Shown here: positions 33,001 through 36,000 of the stretch, piece after piece
How positions within the stretch are numbered: the stretch's first letter is position 1
Layout: every line of letters begins with the position of its first letter
Assembly: GCA_030765585.1 (NCBI GenBank)
Contig: JAVCCJ010000121.1
Location: forward strand, 71,233-111,550
DNA from: Candidatus Zapsychrus exili
GTDB taxonomy: Bacteria; Omnitrophota; Gorgyraeia; Zapsychrales; Zapsychraceae
Direction of reading: 5' to 3'
DNA: 40,318 nucleotides
The notes under the pieces: model-generated
Database searches by the model: none
What the model was told of the DNA's origin: nothing
Seen by the model: only the letters and a program-made list of their open reading frames with translations
Translations under genes and position numbers: made by a program

Positions 33001-36000
33001 TCAAACAGAGGTTTCAGCAACTATGGGTGGAGCTATTAATACAAATGGTTCTGGAAGCTGGGTATTTAAATATGGTATAACAAGACAATACGTAAAATCC
33101 CTTAGCGTTGTCTTGGCAAATGGACAAGCTTTAAGAATTGATAGAGGAGAATATTTCTCTGACAAGCAGGGATATTTTAGGATTCCTTCATCAAATGGAA
33201 AGAGATTAAGATTAAAAGCTCCTAGCTACAAAATGCCTTCCGTCCGCAGTTCTGCGGGATATTATTCAAAAGAAAATATGGATTTAATCGATTTATTTAT
33301 TGGTTCAGAAGGAACTTTAGGAGTAATAGTACAAGCTGAGCTAGAGCTTATTAAAAAGCCTGAAAATATTTTAACCGCTTTAATATTCTATGAAGAAATA
33401 AAAGATGCACTTGCTTTTGTTAGTCAAGCCAAGAATATATCCCGCGCCAATTGGAAAGGCAAGCCTAATAATTTCTCATTACGCGCTATTGAGTATATAG
33501 ATATATCAGCTCTTAGATATTTAGAGGACACGAAATATAGCGGAATTATTCCTGCTTGGGTTTTTGATAATAATGGCGAGAATCCTTGTGCTATTTTAGT
33601 TGAGCAGGAATTACCGAAAGATGTAGATCTTAATAATATTTATGATAATAGCGAAGTTGATCAGCTCTTATCTTTAATAGGAGAAGGTCGTCTAGATGAT
33701 ACTATTGTCGCAGATCCAAAGGATATTTTATCATATAGGCGAATAGTTGATTTCCGAGCCGTAATTCCTAAGACAATAAATGATAAGAGTAATGTAAAAA
33801 TAGAAAAGATGGGAACAGACTTAATAGTTCCTGAAGATAGAATAGAGGAATTTTTGTTGTTTGCTATTGCAGCACTCAAAATGTCTGGCACGCAATATGC
33901 TATTTGGGGACATATTAGCGAAGCGCAACTGCATATTAATCTTATACCTAAAAATGCGCAAGAACGTCAATGGGCAATAAAAGATTATGATCAGCTTGTA
34001 GCTGAAGTTGTGGATATGGGCGGAAGTGTTGCAGCCGAGCACGGAATAGGGAAATTAAAGCATAGATATTTAGAAATGATGTATGGCAAAGAAGCTATTG
34101 ATCAAATGTTAGCGGTCAAACTTGTTTTAGACGAGAATATGATATTAGGAAAAAATAACATATTCTCAAACAACGGAGACGATATAAGTAGAGCTTTAAT
34201 GCTTAATTTGGATCATAGAGCAGCAAAAAAAGTAGGTATTATAAAAGAGAAATCTAAAGGGAAAAGATATGTTGTTGCCAAGTCTCAACTTATTGAATTA
34301 ATTGAAAATTATGTAAGAATTGGCGCAGAAGAAGATAGAAAAATAGAACTTTTAAGCAAAATGGAGTCTATTGTCGAGAAACATCCAAGTCTTTATTTAA
34401 ATATTATATCAAGATATATGCTGGAGATAGATCGATTTGCTCGCAATGTTTTAAGTGAGTTAGTCCATAAGCTTTTAGTAAGTGGATCTGATGCACTTAC
34501 CCCAGATGTTTTAGAATTGATGCGAAAAGGATTTGTTTTAAGCCTTACTCGAGCTCAGAGACATAATCTGCAAGTAACAATAGAAGAAGCAGTCGAACAG
34601 TATTCAGATAAAGTTGGAACTAGTTCTATTCCTTTAGTGCTGAACTATTACGTTCTTATAAATGATAAAGAACGTGCTGTTAAGGACTTCCCTTATCTAT
34701 TAAATATAGTTTTATCTAGCCAAGATAAAGAAAATGTTTTTATATCAGAAATTCGCATGTCTAATGTAATTGAAGTAGCGCCTGAATTATTTGATGATAT
34801 CGTTTCTTCTTATATAAAAGAAACAAATCCTACCATTAAAGAGAAGTTAAGCGATGCCATTGCTTCAAATTTTAAAGAATTTATGCTGGAGACTAGCGCA
34901 GATAGGCATATTTTAAAATATTTAGATTATTTAAGAAGAAATGCGAAAAGTGATATAGAAAAGATAAACTTTGTAAAATGTATATTAAATATAACAAACT
35001 ATGATACAGAAAAAACTTCTGATATAGATAGTTTGATGATTTTGATAGATTCTGTTTATGATTCTGCTATACCATCTTTAAGCAATGAGTCTTTGATGCT
35101 GACAATCTCCAATTTGACTGACTCGATAGGTTCTTCTAATATTCCTTTAAGAGTTTACGAAAGAATAAAGGGGATTAAAACAGATAGTCAAGAACAAGAG
35201 TTTATTAAGTCTAGGATATTGTCTGAGGCAGATAATGGTGTTAATAAAAACAATGCTGTGCTTTATTCATTCGTTCCTTTATTTATGATATTTGCATTAG
35301 TCTCCCCAATAGTTGAATTTGTTAATAGTTGGATAATTAGTAATCCTGCCTTAATTATATGGACCCCAATAGTTGTTGGTGGAGCTTTTGGAACGTTCTT
35401 AAGGGTTAAGATGTCAGATCATATAGGTCAAAAGCTTAGCAGAATTTTCCCATACGGAACTTTAATTGTTAATTTGTTGGGAACTTTTATTTTAGGTTTT
35501 GTAATTGGTACTGTAAGAGCAGGGCAAGGCTTTGTTCCTGTTTGGGTTGTAGCTGGATTCTTGGGAGCATTTACTACATTCTCAACATTTATATTAGAGA
35601 GATATAATTTAGTAAAAGATAAAAAGAGCAAGAACGCATTAATATATATAGTTGCAAGTATTATCGGTGGATATATATTATTTGCAAATGGCAAAATATT
35701 TGGAACATTAAGTTTTGACAAAGGCTTTAATATGTATATTTTGGCCTTATCTTTAATAGTGCCTGTAGCTGTTCTTAAGGCTATAGGCTTAAGGTTAAGA
35801 GAGCTAGTTAGAGATATTTTTAGCTCTATTAAGTTAAAAGAACTACTTGCACTATTAACAGGTGGAATGTTGGGTGCTTTCTTGCGAGTTTGGTTGTCGT
35901 CCTTTACGGAAGAACCGTTCTTTGTAAATATTATTGGTGCATTCTTTATAGGGGTATTTGTTGTTCTTCTTAAAAATACTATTTTAAGAAAGTTATTCTT

